Positions 45,838 to 56,038 of a DNA stretch of 57,820 nt are shown here, piece by piece; within the stretch, counting starts at the first letter, position 1, and every line of letters starts with the position of its first letter. The position numbers were made by a program, and so were the translations under genes. The stretch is taken from NCBI GenBank assembly GCA_905182385.1, contig CAJJBS010000016.1, positions 1 through 57,820 on the forward strand. Direction: 5' to 3'. This DNA is from Fidelibacterota bacterium TCS55. Its GTDB lineage: Bacteria > Fidelibacterota > Marinisomatia > Marinisomatales > TCS55. Under the pieces are notes generated by a model that was not told where the DNA came from, made no database searches, and saw only the letters and a program-made list of their open reading frames with translations.

Positions 45838-46173
45838 TCAGCCTGATAACGGCATATCATATATTTCTTCAAATTCTTCAGTCTTTATCATTCTGATAGC
45901 ATCCCAAGTGAGTTTTGTACAAGCTTTTGCACATATTTGACAACCTATACATTCATCATGACGAACTTGAACGGGAGGTATTGGTATTCCATATTTTTCT
46001 TTAGGGACGGGCTCAATACAATCAACTGGACAAAAAGGAATACAAACTTGACAGCCAGTGCAATTATCTTCGTCAACAACTGCAATAAGCTTAGGTTTTT
46101 TCTTTTTATAATTAACTTTTTGTGCAGGTTCAGGTACAGATTTATAATGATCGTAATTTGTGTTGTTTGCCAT
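45838..46173 (-). CDS. 2x[4Fe-4S] ferredoxin-domain protein
   Basis: 111 aa with CTGCQVCIPFCP and CIGCQICAKAC cluster motifs. Confidence 0.85.
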   Translation of the reverse strand: MANNTNYDHYKSVPEPAQKVNYKKKKPKLIAVVDEDNCTGCQVCIPFCPVDCIEPVPKEKYGIPIPPVQVRHDECIGCQICAKACTKLTWDAIRMIKTEEFEEIYDMPLSG

Positions 46174-46312
46174 TTTTCTTTAATTTGTTAGTTGCGAATT
46201 TAATAGATATTTAGAACTAAAAATATTTTTTTTTATGATAAAAGCCTTTTTGTCAATTCATAAAAGTAGTTTAATTTTAGCAACGCTTTGAAAACATTAT
46301 TAGGAGAAAACA

Positions 46313-46615
46313 ATGACATACATTATAGCTGAACCTTGCGTTGGAACTTGTGATACAGCTTGTGTAGAGGTTTGTCCAGTGGATTGTATCCATGGACCAG
46401 AGGATAAAACAGGTGCCGGTGCCGAAGCAAAAGTTGATGGGTTTGATCCGGAAGGAAAACAACTTTATATTGACCCTGAAGAATGTATTGACTGTGGCGC
46501 ATGTGAACCAGAATGTCCAGTTGAAGCAATCTTTGAAGAAAGTGAAGTCCCAGAAGAGTGGAATAAATATAATAAAATTAATTATGATTATTTCGGTCGC
46601 GAATACTCAGGTTAA
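46313..46615 (+). CDS. fdxA: FdxA-type (7Fe-like) ferredoxin
   Basis: 100 aa. [26 protein letters not shown] and [26 protein letters not shown] are colinear with Azotobacter FdI-type ferredoxins. Confidence 0.88.
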   Translation: MTYIIAEPCVGTCDTACVEVCPVDCIHGPEDKTGAGAEAKVDGFDPEGKQLYIDPEECIDCGACEPECPVEAIFEESEVPEEWNKYNKINYDYFGREYSG

Positions 46616-46643
46616 TTTTATTAACTAAAAATCTATAAGGACC

Positions 46644-46671
46644 GCTGTTGTTAATATAACAGCCGTTTTTT
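46644..46671 (+). terminator. Rho-independent terminator after fdxA
   Basis: Stem GCTGTT (46644-46649) pairs with AACAGC (46658-46663). The loop is 8 nt and is followed by CG plus TTTTTT (46666-46671). Confidence 0.6.
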
Positions 46672-46680
46672 CGTACAATT

Positions 46681-47799
46681 ATGAATGAAGAAAAAATACT
46701 CGATTTATTAAAAACTATAAACTATCCTGGTTTTAGCAGAGATATTGTATCCTTTGGTATGGTAGATAAAGTTAAAGTTGAAGAAGATTCTGTTAGGGTA
46801 GATTTAAAAATAACAACTCAGCAAGAAGATAAAAAAAATACTGTAATTAATGAAGTAGAAAGTCTTCTTAAAAGCACATCTAAATTTAAAAATATTAGTG
46901 TGCGTGTTACTGAAGCTTCAACAGAATCGTCACCAGGATCAGCGCCCCAAGCACCTCAGAAACAACCTATTAGTCCATTAGAAGGCATAAAGCATATTGT
47001 TGCGGTGGCAAGTGGTAAAGGAGGTGTTGGAAAATCAACTGTAGCAGCAAATCTAGCTTTATCATTAAAGCAACTAGGATTCAAGGTTGGTCTTTTAGAT
47101 TTAGATATTTATGGTCCATCATTACCAATAATTTTGGGAATAAACGAACAACCAAATCTTACTCAAGACAAGAAACTAATACCATTAGATCATATGGGAA
47201 TGAAAATTATGAGCTTTGGTTTTATTAGTGGGAATAAGACCCCAGTTATTTGGAGAGGACCATTAGTTGCGCGAATGACAGAACAATTTTTTAATGATGT
47301 ATTATGGGGTGAATTAGATTATTTAATTTTAGACCTTCCTCCTGGCACAGGCGATGTTCAATTAACACTAACGCAAAAATTAAAAATTGACGGTGCTCTT
47401 ATTATAACAACTCCTCAAGATATTGCTTTAGCAGATGTTAGGAAAGGTGCTGACATGTTTAGAAAAGTTCATACTCCTGTTCTTGGTGTTGTTGAAAATA
47501 TGTCAGGCTTGTTTTTAGAAGGGGAAGTTAAGAATGGAGAGAATCTTTTAATTCAAGGTCAACCTGTAGATATTAGAGATGATGGAAAATTTGCAATAAG
47601 AATTGACTTATTTAAACGCGGTGGAGGTAAGTCTGAGAGTGAACGTTTAAATGTACCATTGTTAGGAGAAATCCCTATATCTCAAGATATTATGGAGGCA
47701 ACTGATAGAGGTAAGCCAATTGTAGCTCAGAATCCTGAAGCTCACGTTTCAAAGATTTTTCTTAATATTGCTGAAAAGGTTAAAGATGTCTTGAACTGA
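46681..47799 (+). CDS. apbC: Fe-S cluster carrier ATPase Mrp/ApbC/NBP35 family
   Basis: 372 aa with an N-terminal DUF59-like domain (INYPGFSRDIVSFGMV), a deviant Walker A (SGKGGVGKST) and DLPPGTGD. Confidence 0.92.
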   Translation: MNEEKILDLLKTINYPGFSRDIVSFGMVDKVKVEEDSVRVDLKITTQQEDKKNTVINEVESLLKSTSKFKNISVRVTEASTESSPGSAPQAPQKQPISPLEGIKHIVAVASGKGGVGKSTVAANLALSLKQLGFKVGLLDLDIYGPSLPIILGINEQPNLTQDKKLIPLDHMGMKIMSFGFISGNKTPVIWRGPLVARMTEQFFNDVLWGELDYLILDLPPGTGDVQLTLTQKLKIDGALIITTPQDIALADVRKGADMFRKVHTPVLGVVENMSGLFLEGEVKNGENLLIQGQPVDIRDDGKFAIRIDLFKRGGGKSESERLNVPLLGEIPISQDIMEATDRGKPIVAQNPEAHVSKIFLNIAEKVKDVLN

Positions 47800-48590
47800 T
47801 GTATAGTTTTTTTATAGACACTATCGTCATTGTTTTCTTAGGCTACGCTATTACTTATCCATTTCTCTTATGGCTTACACCAATAAAAGAAATTGATGCA
47901 AGTTTTTATAGATTTAATCTGGGTTTGTGCTGCATAATTGGAGCCCTTGGCGTAATAGGGTTCATTGGATTAGAATCAAACTTTATTTCAAAAATCTATA
48001 TATGGATTTGGCTTGGTTTAATATTAATTATTACTTCATATTATTGGAATGCTAAGACAAAAAATAACTTTATAATCTCACTTGTTTCAATTTTAGGTTG
48101 TTTTGCTTTTTTCCATATTATTATTCAGATTTCGCCAAAATCAGATTATTTGATTCTATTTTTGATTACTTTATTAGGCTCCTTAATTACGGCAACAGTT
48201 TTTTTTTCAATGATATTAGGACATTGGTATTTAAACGTAATTAATCTTCCTATTAAATTACTTAAAAGATCGATTTTAGTTTTTTCATTACTTATTATTA
48301 TTAGAACATTCTGGGACATTATTTTTATGAGTTTAGAAACGGTAGTTGATCCATATGGCATAAGTTATAGTATGTGGGCTTTTACATTCGAATTTGAAGG
48401 TTTTTTATTAGCGATTGCAATATTTATGGGCAATATTATTCCTCTCATCCTAAATTTATTTATTTGGAAGACATTAAAATTGCAAGCAACACAAAGTGCC
48501 ACAGGATTAATATATGTTTCAGTAATATCTATTCTTTTTGGCGACCTTTTATTTAAATACTATTTACTTAAGTTTGGGTTTTTACTTTGA
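47799..48590 (+). CDS. Hypothetical polytopic membrane protein
   Basis: 263 aa with about 7-8 TM segments. It overlaps the apbC stop by 1 nt (TGATG). Confidence 0.55.
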   Translation: MYSFFIDTIVIVFLGYAITYPFLLWLTPIKEIDASFYRFNLGLCCIIGALGVIGFIGLESNFISKIYIWIWLGLILIITSYYWNAKTKNNFIISLVSILGCFAFFHIIIQISPKSDYLILFLITLLGSLITATVFFSMILGHWYLNVINLPIKLLKRSILVFSLLIIIRTFWDIIFMSLETVVDPYGISYSMWAFTFEFEGFLLAIAIFMGNIIPLILNLFIWKTLKLQATQSATGLIYVSVISILFGDLLFKYYLLKFGFLL

Positions 48591-48967
48591 GTTCTTTTGA
48601 ATGTGTAAAATGTAACAAAACAATATCCTTTGAAAAGGTTGATGAGTGTCCTCATTGTAAACGCCCAGAGCTATTTAATTCATTTTTAGATTTTTCTTTA
48701 TGCCCAATTTGTGAATGTAAACATCTACACAAAAAAAAAGATTTTAACCAAGCATTGGGATGTCTAATTATTTTAATTGGGGCTTTATTTGTTCCATGGA
48801 CATATGGTTTAAGTCTGTTAGTATTATCTATTCTAGATTATTTCTTATATAGTAGAATTAAAGATTCAATCGAATGCTATAAATGTAAAACAGAATTCAA
48901 AAACATTGAAGTACCAAGTAGCTTCCTTCCTTTTGATCATCACATAGCAGAATTATATGAGAAATAA
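48587..48967 (+). CDS. Hypothetical zinc-ribbon membrane protein
   Basis: 126 aa with Cys pairs CVKC..CPHC, CPICEC and CYKC flanking two TM segments. A TTG start overlaps the upstream stop. Confidence 0.45.
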   Translation: MSSFECVKCNKTISFEKVDECPHCKRPELFNSFLDFSLCPICECKHLHKKKDFNQALGCLIILIGALFVPWTYGLSLLVLSILDYFLYSRIKDSIECYKCKTEFKNIEVPSSFLPFDHHIAELYEK

Positions 48968-49000
48968 GATAGTTGATTATTTATTGATTGAATCTGCCTC

Positions 49001-49027
49001 AGAGGGTAACTTTGCCCTCTATTTTTT
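49001..49027 (+). terminator. Rho-independent terminator
   Basis: AGAGGG (49001-49006) pairs with CCCTCT (49015-49020). The loop is 8 nt and is followed by A plus TTTTTT (49022-49027). Confidence 0.65.
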
Positions 49028-49055
49028 ATATAACAATCATATAATAAAATAAATT

Positions 49056-49808
49056 ATGTCTAAGTTGCTTTTAGAACAAATATTAGAAGAAGGTGATATC
49101 CCTAAACACATTGCAATCATTATGGATGGCAATGGTCGATGGGCAAAGTCAAGAAACCTCTCAAGGATATCTGGCCACAGAGAAGGAATCAATTCTGTCC
49201 GTGATATTGTTCGAATCTGTGGTGAATTAAAAATTTCATATTTAACTCTTTATACTTTTTCAAGTGAGAATTGGAATAGGCCTAAGATTGAAGTAGGTGC
49301 AATTATGAGATTATTATTAGGGACAATAAATAAAGAAATAGATAGTCTTAATAAAAATAATGTAAAATTGTCAACAATTGGAAATTTAAATGATTTACCA
49401 AAAGAATCATTTAAAGGAATAGCAAATGGAGTTAAAAAAACAAAAAATAATACGGGCCTTAATCTTATATTAGCACTGAGCTATGGAAGTCGACAGGAAC
49501 TAATAAGGGCATTTAAGCGTATTGTAAATAAAATTGAAAAAGGTGAAATGAAATTAGAAGATATTTCACAAGAAAATATAGCAAGTGAACTTTATACTAG
49601 TGAGACTCCTGACCCAGACTTATTAATTCGAACGGGAGGGGAGCATCGAATTAGCAATTTTTTATTATGGCAATCAGCATATACAGAATTATATATGACA
49701 GATAAATTCTGGCCTGATTTTAGAGAAGATCAACTGTTAGATTCAATTCTTGATTATCAAAATAGACAAAGACGTTTTGGTCAAACAAGTGAACAGGTTT
49801 CAGAATGA
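49056..49808 (+). CDS. uppS: Undecaprenyl diphosphate synthase
   Basis: 250 aa with HIAIIMDGNGRWA, LTLYTFSSENWNRP and RTGGEHRISNFLLWQSAY. Confidence 0.95.
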   Translation: MSKLLLEQILEEGDIPKHIAIIMDGNGRWAKSRNLSRISGHREGINSVRDIVRICGELKISYLTLYTFSSENWNRPKIEVGAIMRLLLGTINKEIDSLNKNNVKLSTIGNLNDLPKESFKGIANGVKKTKNNTGLNLILALSYGSRQELIRAFKRIVNKIEKGEMKLEDISQENIASELYTSETPDPDLLIRTGGEHRISNFLLWQSAYTELYMTDKFWPDFREDQLLDSILDYQNRQRRFGQTSEQVSE

Positions 49809-52234
49809 GAAATTTATTATTTTTATTTATAGCAACATTGCTTATTGCTCAAGCACCACCATCATTTAAGTTAAAAGAAATAAATATTGATGGAAACCTT
49901 TCAACTAGTGAAAATATGGTTTTATATACTGCGGGACTTCAAATAGGACAAGAAGTTTCAAGTGAAGATTTTCGTCGAGCAGTTAAGCGTCTTTGGGAAT
50001 TAGGAGTCTTTAATGATATTCAAATTCATTTTGATGGTGAAACACCCGATGGAATATTAATAACAATTGAGGTTAAAGAGGCTCCTGTGCTTGGCCAAGT
50101 GATTTTTAGTGGAAATAAAAAAATAAAAGATAAAAAGTTTAAAGAAATATTAACATTTCAGCGCGGTATGCGTTTAAAACCAAATTTTGCCAACAAGTCA
50201 ATCAATAAGATGGAACAGCTTTACATGGAAGATGGATACTTCTTAGCAAAGATTGTAGCAAAGATGGATACTATTGGTTCCGGAAAAGACCAAAAGCAGG
50301 ATATAACTTTTTCAATAAATGAAGGTAAAAAACTAAAGATTAAAGATATAAAAATTGAGGGTCGTAAAAATAGTTTTGGTTGGATTGCAACTAAACCTTG
50401 GATTCCATTACCTAACTTCATCAGAAATAAACTTTCATTATATAAGTTAAGATGGCAATTAAAAGAAACCAAAGTAAGAGCCTGGTGGCGTATTTGGGCT
50501 CCGGCTTATGACGAAAAGAAGTTTGACGAAGATCTTAATGTCTTGACTGATTTTTATCGTAATGAAGGCTATAGAGATTTCAGTATTATTTCAGATTCAG
50601 TTTTCTACGAGCCTAAGAAGAAAGGTCTTATAGTCCTTATTAATATTGATGAAGGAAGTAAATATAAATTTCGGAATTTTAGCTGGGAAGGTAATGAGCT
50701 TTACAAAACAGAAAATCTAGATGCAGCTTTGAATCTTAAGCAAGGAGACTCCTATAGTCAGGCAGGTTTTGAAAAAGCAGTATTCCAAGATGTTCAAAGT
50801 CTTTATATGGATCGTGGTTATTTATATAGTAGTATTGAACCATACTTTACACCTATTGGTAAAGACTCTTTGGATGTACATTTTTCAGTTACTGAAAACA
50901 ATGAAGTTTACATTCGAAATATCAATATTTACGGTAATGATAAAACACGTGAAAATGTAGTACGTAGAGAGTTAGATGTTTTCCCAGGGGATTTATTTCG
51001 TAGAACTCTATTACAAAGGAGTATGCGAAAACTAAGTGTATTAAATTATTTTGACCCTACCTCTTTAAGTCCAAATGTAATTCCAGTAGATGAAGATGAA
51101 ATAGATTTAGATATTTCACTAGAAGAAAAATCTTCTGATAAAGCTAGTGCGAATGTAGGCTTTACAGGAATTTATGGAATGACAGGTGGCGGAAACCTTG
51201 AGTTTAATAATTTTTTGGGCAAAGGTCAGGTTTTATCTTTCGGCTTTAGCATTGGAACACAAGTATCTGTAATGAATAATTATGGGACACCTGGTAAATA
51301 TGAAAGCTTTAACGTTAGATTTATGGATCCAATGTTTAGAGACACTCCCAATAGAATTGGTTTTTCTCTTTTTTATACATTCAGAGGACAAGGAAATTCA
51401 TATTATTTTTATCCGTTTGATCAATTATCAAAAGGTGGTTCAGTTGAGTGGGGACGAAGGCTAAAGTGGCCAGATGATTATTTTAAAGCTTATTGGTCTT
51501 TAACTTTGCGAAGAGCAGAATATATGGGAGACCAGGAAGTATTAGATGAATATCTAGGAAGTTTTAGAAAATCTACAGGTATTAACTTATCTCAAACTAT
51601 TGTAAGAGACAGTCGTGATCAAGCTGAATTTCCAACGCAGGGTTCTAGCGCTACGCTCGTATCAACTTTTTCTGGAGGATCACTTGGTGGTGATGAGCAT
51701 TACCATAAACATGTTCTAAGTTTAGATTGGTATACCCCTACATTTTGGAAGTTTGTTTTAACAAGTTCTTTAAAAATGGGAACAATTCGCCAGCTAAATG
51801 TTGGTGGTGGATCTACTTATATTCCACCATATGAAAGATTTATTATGGGTGGGAATGGAATTCCTTATGGAACTATGCTCAGAGGTTATCCTGATAACTC
51901 TATTGGTCCATTAACAGCTCAAGGTAGAGGTGTTGGAGGAAATACCATTATGAAGTATTCCTCAGAATTCAGGTTTCCTTTTTCTGAAAATCCTGTAGTT
52001 TACGGAATGTTATTTGCTGAAGCTGGCGGAGTTTGGAATGATACTAGGCTTACAAAGTCACTTGGTTTTCCAAGAAGAGAGCCACTTGAACTAAAAAGAT
52101 CAGCGGGTATCGGAATCAGGTTTTTTATGCCTATGATTGGACAATTAGGCTTTGACATGGGTTATGGTTTTGATGATATCATTGGTGATGGAAATCCGCA
52201 AGGTTGGGAATACACAATTATTTTTGGAAGATAA
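49805..52234 (+). CDS. bamA: Outer membrane protein assembly factor BamA
   Basis: 809 aa with a signal peptide, POTRA-like repeats (I..I.I.GN) and a C-terminal Omp85 barrel (RGY..NSIGP, GIGIRF). It overlaps uppS through an ATGA junction. Confidence 0.92.
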   Translation: MRNLLFLFIATLLIAQAPPSFKLKEINIDGNLSTSENMVLYTAGLQIGQEVSSEDFRRAVKRLWELGVFNDIQIHFDGETPDGILITIEVKEAPVLGQVIFSGNKKIKDKKFKEILTFQRGMRLKPNFANKSINKMEQLYMEDGYFLAKIVAKMDTIGSGKDQKQDITFSINEGKKLKIKDIKIEGRKNSFGWIATKPWIPLPNFIRNKLSLYKLRWQLKETKVRAWWRIWAPAYDEKKFDEDLNVLTDFYRNEGYRDFSIISDSVFYEPKKKGLIVLINIDEGSKYKFRNFSWEGNELYKTENLDAALNLKQGDSYSQAGFEKAVFQDVQSLYMDRGYLYSSIEPYFTPIGKDSLDVHFSVTENNEVYIRNINIYGNDKTRENVVRRELDVFPGDLFRRTLLQRSMRKLSVLNYFDPTSLSPNVIPVDEDEIDLDISLEEKSSDKASANVGFTGIYGMTGGGNLEFNNFLGKGQVLSFGFSIGTQVSVMNNYGTPGKYESFNVRFMDPMFRDTPNRIGFSLFYTFRGQGNSYYFYPFDQLSKGGSVEWGRRLKWPDDYFKAYWSLTLRRAEYMGDQEVLDEYLGSFRKSTGINLSQTIVRDSRDQAEFPTQGSSATLVSTFSGGSLGGDEHYHKHVLSLDWYTPTFWKFVLTSSLKMGTIRQLNVGGGSTYIPPYERFIMGGNGIPYGTMLRGYPDNSIGPLTAQGRGVGGNTIMKYSSEFRFPFSENPVVYGMLFAEAGGVWNDTRLTKSLGFPRREPLELKRSAGIGIRFFMPMIGQLGFDMGYGFDDIIGDGNPQGWEYTIIFGR

Positions 52235-52255
52235 AATTAAATCAAGGAGGTCAAT

Positions 52256-52807
52256 GTGACACGCAAAATCATTAAAAAAATGAGTGTTTTGTTAATAGTT
52301 TTACCAGTAATCCTGATTGCACAAAATAAAATTGGTTTTGTTCAATCAGATCGTATTCGTGCTGAGTATGAAGAATTTAAAGATGCAGAAGCCCAGCTTC
52401 AGCTTGAATATAGACAAGTAAATACACGGTATAACATGATGGTTATGGAATTGGACAGTATTAAGCAAGCATTTGAAACTCAACGTCTTATGAGTAGTCC
52501 TGAATGGCGTAAAGAAAAAGAGACTGAAATAGTATCTCGTGAAGCAACAATCCAAAAATTCCAAGTGACAATGGTTGGTCCAGAAGGTGAGTTGTATAGG
52601 AGACAAGCACAGTTAGAGTTTGATATCCTATCTAAAGTAAAGCGCGCGGTTGATAAAGTAGCTGCTACAAAGAGTATAGATTTTATTTTAGATGGCTCTA
52701 CATCGCTTTTATATGGTAATCCAACATTCGATTTAACGGATGATGTTTTATTTGAGTTAAGAAAGTATAAGGTTTCAGATACAAAACAAGTTGAGACTAA
52801 AAATTAA
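52256..52807 (+). CDS. skp: Periplasmic chaperone Skp/OmpH
   Basis: 183 aa. The GTG start lies 5 nt after AGGAGG (52245-52250). It has a signal peptide and a coiled-coil OmpH-like sequence, and sits in the conserved position between bamA and lpxD. Confidence 0.85.
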   Translation: MTRKIIKKMSVLLIVLPVILIAQNKIGFVQSDRIRAEYEEFKDAEAQLQLEYRQVNTRYNMMVMELDSIKQAFETQRLMSSPEWRKEKETEIVSREATIQKFQVTMVGPEGELYRRQAQLEFDILSKVKRAVDKVAATKSIDFILDGSTSLLYGNPTFDLTDDVLFELRKYKVSDTKQVETKN

Positions 52808-52818
52808 GTAGAGACCTT

Positions 52819-53826
52819 GTGGCCACCTTAGAAGAATTAGCTAAACTAGTTCAGGGAACTATAGTTGGGAATCCTGAGTTATTAATAAATGGAACTTCAG
52901 CCATTGAAGATGGAAAAGCTGATACAATTAGTTTCATTGGTTATAAAAAATATAATCATTATGCCCCTTTATGTAAAGCCTCAGCAATAATTGTTGAGGA
53001 TAAAGATTTACTTAATAATCTAAACGGTATAGTAGTAATTAGCGCACAAGAAGCAATTGTTAAAATACTAGAGTATTTTGCACCGAAGTATAAACAAGAA
53101 GTGGGGATTCACAAAACGGCACAGGTGGATCCAAGAGCAGAAATTGGCAAAAATGTTTCTATCGGACCAAATTCCCATATTGGTAAAGATGTTTTAATTG
53201 GCGATAAAGTAGAAATTGGGGCAAATAATATTATTGAATCGGGTACCGTTATTGGTAGAAACTCTATTTTAAATCATAATATTCACTTATATCATAAAAC
53301 AGAGATTGGCGAAATGTGTATTATTCATTCTGGATCAGTAATAGGAGCTGATGGATTTGGATTTTTTACTATTAAAGATAAACATATTAAAATACCACAG
53401 AACGGCAAAGTAGTTATTGGAAAAAGTGTGGAAATTGGTGCAAACTGTACTTTTGATAGAGGAACGATAGGTAATACAATAATTAAAGATTTCTGCAAGT
53501 TTGATAATGGTGTTCAAATTGGTCATAATGCAGTAATTGGCGAAGGTTGTTTAATGGCAGGACATGTAACTATTGGAGGAAGTACTAAAATTGGTGATTA
53601 TTGTGTCTTTGGTGGTCAAGCAGGAGCAATAGATCATATTAAAATTGGAGATAAAGCAATGTTCGCTTGTTACACTGCAGCTATGAAAGATCTTCCTGGA
53701 GAAAAAATTTATTCCGGTGCGCCAGCGCGCGAAATTAAAGAAAAAAATCGTAGAGATGCTGTTTATGTTGAAGTAAAACAACTAAAAAAACGTTTAAAAA
53801 TATTCGAAGATAAATACTTAAATTAA
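52819..53826 (+). CDS. lpxD: UDP-3-O-acylglucosamine N-acyltransferase
   Basis: 335 aa with an N-terminal LpxD domain, hexapeptide repeats and IGADGFGF. The start is GTG. Confidence 0.92.
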   Translation: MATLEELAKLVQGTIVGNPELLINGTSAIEDGKADTISFIGYKKYNHYAPLCKASAIIVEDKDLLNNLNGIVVISAQEAIVKILEYFAPKYKQEVGIHKTAQVDPRAEIGKNVSIGPNSHIGKDVLIGDKVEIGANNIIESGTVIGRNSILNHNIHLYHKTEIGEMCIIHSGSVIGADGFGFFTIKDKHIKIPQNGKVVIGKSVEIGANCTFDRGTIGNTIIKDFCKFDNGVQIGHNAVIGEGCLMAGHVTIGGSTKIGDYCVFGGQAGAIDHIKIGDKAMFACYTAAMKDLPGEKIYSGAPAREIKEKNRRDAVYVEVKQLKKRLKIFEDKYLN

Positions 53827-53832
53827 TACACC

Positions 53833-55242
53833 ATGAGTCTTATAAAATTTCAACGAACAATTGGCGATAAAACATCCTGTGTAGGCATAGGTCTACATAC
53901 GGGTGTTGAATCAAAAATCACTTTTAAACCAGCTCCTGATAATTTTGGCATTAGGTTTAAAAGGATGGATGTTGAAGGTTGCCCCGAGATTAGAGCAGAT
54001 ATTGACCATGTTGTTGATATTTCTAGAGGGACGACTATTGAGGAAAATGGAGTTAGAATTCATACGGTCGAGCATGCTTTAGCAGCGTGTGTTGGCTTAG
54101 GTTTAGATAATATATTAATTGAATTGACTGAAAAAGAGCCGCCAGTAATGGATGGAAGTTCAAAAGACTTTGTTGAAGCATTATTAAAAGCCGGAATTGT
54201 TAAACAAAATTCTCCAAGGGTTTATCTACATATTGATGAAGCTGTAGGCTACACTGATGCTGAAAGAGGTGTTGATATTCATATTATGCCATCTGATCAG
54301 TTTAGAATTACGTATATGATAGATTATGAATTTCAAACTTTAGGAACTCAATTTACAACATTAGACCAAGTTGAGAAAAAATTTGCAAAAGAAATAGCTC
54401 CAGCTAGAACTTTTTGCTTTTTAAGTGAAGTGGAGACATTAAAAGAAGAAGGGTTAATTAAAGGTGGAAACCTTGATAATGCTGTAGTAATTGTTGATAA
54501 AGATATTGATCAAGAGGAAGCGGACACTTTAAAAAGTTTATTTGGAATTAAGAAAGAAATTAGCTTAGGTGCGAATGGAACTTTAAATGGTAAAGAGCTT
54601 AGATTTGAAAATGAGCCAGTACGGCATAAAGCTCTAGATTTAATCGGAGACCTTGCCCTTTTAGGTATGCCAATTCAAGGACATATTATTGCTTCGAAAA
54701 GTGGACATGCTGCAAATGTGGAGTTAGTTAGACGAATAAAAAAAGTTTATGAAAAGAAAATTCTACAACAGAGATATCAAAAGAATCCATCCAAAGATTT
54801 CATGTTTGATATAAATGCTATTTTAGCTCTTTTACCTCATCGTTATCCATTTGTTCTGGTTGATAGAATAATCGATATTACACCTGGTGAAAAATTAACA
54901 GCTATTAAAAATGTAACTATTAATGAACCTTTTTTTAATGGTCACTTCCCAAATCAACCAGTAATGCCTGGCGTTTTAGTTTTAGAAGCTATGGCTCAAG
55001 CTGGTGCCTTATTATGTTTAAATAGTATAGATGATCCAATGAAAAAGAATATGTTCTTTTCAGCATTGTCAGATTCAAAATTTCGTCATCCTATAATCCC
55101 TGGAGATCAGTTACGTCTTGAAATGATACTTGCAAAGTTTAGACTTGGAACGGCATTACTTATTGGAAAAGCCTATGTTGGTGACAAACTTGTTGCTGAA
55201 GCCAATTTAAAAGCAACTGTTGTGGATCGGGCAGGAGCCTGA
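53833..55242 (+). CDS. lpxC/fabZ: Bifunctional UDP-3-O-acyl-GlcNAc deacetylase / 3-hydroxyacyl-ACP dehydratase (LpxC-FabZ fusion)
   Basis: 469 aa. The N-terminal LpxC part has GIGLHTG, HTVEHALAA, HKALDLIGDL and SGHAAN. The C-terminal FabZ hotdog has LPHRYPFVLVDRI and FFNGHFPNQPVMPGVL. Confidence 0.95.
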   Translation: MSLIKFQRTIGDKTSCVGIGLHTGVESKITFKPAPDNFGIRFKRMDVEGCPEIRADIDHVVDISRGTTIEENGVRIHTVEHALAACVGLGLDNILIELTEKEPPVMDGSSKDFVEALLKAGIVKQNSPRVYLHIDEAVGYTDAERGVDIHIMPSDQFRITYMIDYEFQTLGTQFTTLDQVEKKFAKEIAPARTFCFLSEVETLKEEGLIKGGNLDNAVVIVDKDIDQEEADTLKSLFGIKKEISLGANGTLNGKELRFENEPVRHKALDLIGDLALLGMPIQGHIIASKSGHAANVELVRRIKKVYEKKILQQRYQKNPSKDFMFDINAILALLPHRYPFVLVDRIIDITPGEKLTAIKNVTINEPFFNGHFPNQPVMPGVLVLEAMAQAGALLCLNSIDDPMKKNMFFSALSDSKFRHPIIPGDQLRLEMILAKFRLGTALLIGKAYVGDKLVAEANLKATVVDRAGA

Positions 55243-56014
55243 ACCCATTTCCATACATCCTACAGCTATAATTTCCTCAAAGGTTGAACTTGGCCAAGAT
55301 ATACACATTGGTCCATACACAATTATTGAAGATGATGTTAAAATTGGAAATGGCACAAGTATTGGGAATCATAATACAATTTGTTCCGGGACTACAATAG
55401 GAAAAGATTGCCTAATTTCTCATAATACTTCTATTGGAGAAGCTCCTCAAGACCTTAAATATGAAGGTGAAAAAACATTAACATTCATTGGAGATAATGT
55501 ATTAATTAGAGAATCAGTTACAATTAATAGAGGTACAAGTGCTTTTGGAAAAACTATTATAGGTAACAATGTTTTGTTAATGGCCTCTGTGCATATTGGG
55601 CATGATTGTATTGTTGGAGAGAATACAATCATGGCTAATTTAACTACGCTTGGTGGTCATGTTGAAATTGGTGATTGGGTAAATTTAGGAGGAGGAGTTC
55701 TGGTTCATCAATTTGTCAAAATTGGCACACAATCTATGATTGGTGGTGGTTTTAGAGCTGTTCAAGATGTCCCTCCGTTTATTATTGCTGGAGGAGAGCC
55801 ACTTAGATTTGTTGGAATAAATAAAATTGGTTTAAAAAGAAGAGGCTTTTCAAAAGAAGTTAGAAGTCTTATTAAGAAAGCTTATAGGACATATTTTATA
55901 TCAAAGTTGAATCGCGGTGAAGCGATAATAAAGATAAAGTCAGAACTATCTAACACTAAAGAAATACAAAAAATAATTGAGTTTATCGAAAATAGTGATA
56001 GAGGAATTATCTAG
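55220..56014 (+). CDS. lpxA: Acyl-ACP--UDP-GlcNAc O-acyltransferase
   Basis: 264 aa, colinear with E. coli LpxA (IHPTAI.., QDLKY.GE, IGHDC, VHQF, DVPPF, GLKRRGFS). The start is uncertain: TTG 55220 overlaps lpxC/fabZ by 23 nt, and there is no in-frame ATG before the conserved IHPTAI. Confidence 0.9.
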   Translation: MWIGQEPEPISIHPTAIISSKVELGQDIHIGPYTIIEDDVKIGNGTSIGNHNTICSGTTIGKDCLISHNTSIGEAPQDLKYEGEKTLTFIGDNVLIRESVTINRGTSAFGKTIIGNNVLLMASVHIGHDCIVGENTIMANLTTLGGHVEIGDWVNLGGGVLVHQFVKIGTQSMIGGGFRAVQDVPPFIIAGGEPLRFVGINKIGLKRRGFSKEVRSLIKKAYRTYFISKLNRGEAIIKIKSELSNTKEIQKIIEFIENSDRGII

Positions 56015-56038
56015 TTCTATTTTATTTGTGTGTATTTA

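Noticed and set aside
44819-46628. Track ORFs 44819-45010(-), 44952-45209(-), 45937-46191(+), 46277-46462(-), 46323-46529(-) and 46392-46628(+).
   Set aside because: They overlap plsC, the membrane protein and the two ferredoxin genes in alternative frames. The ferredoxin frames carry the canonical Cys motifs and these frames do not.
50221-55632. Small ORFs inside bamA, skp, lpxD and lpxA (50221-50472-, 50769-50960+, 51282-51464+, 52346-52606-, 53335-53526-, 53551-53781-, 55447-55632-).
   Set aside because: They are alternative-frame or antisense shadows of strongly supported genes.
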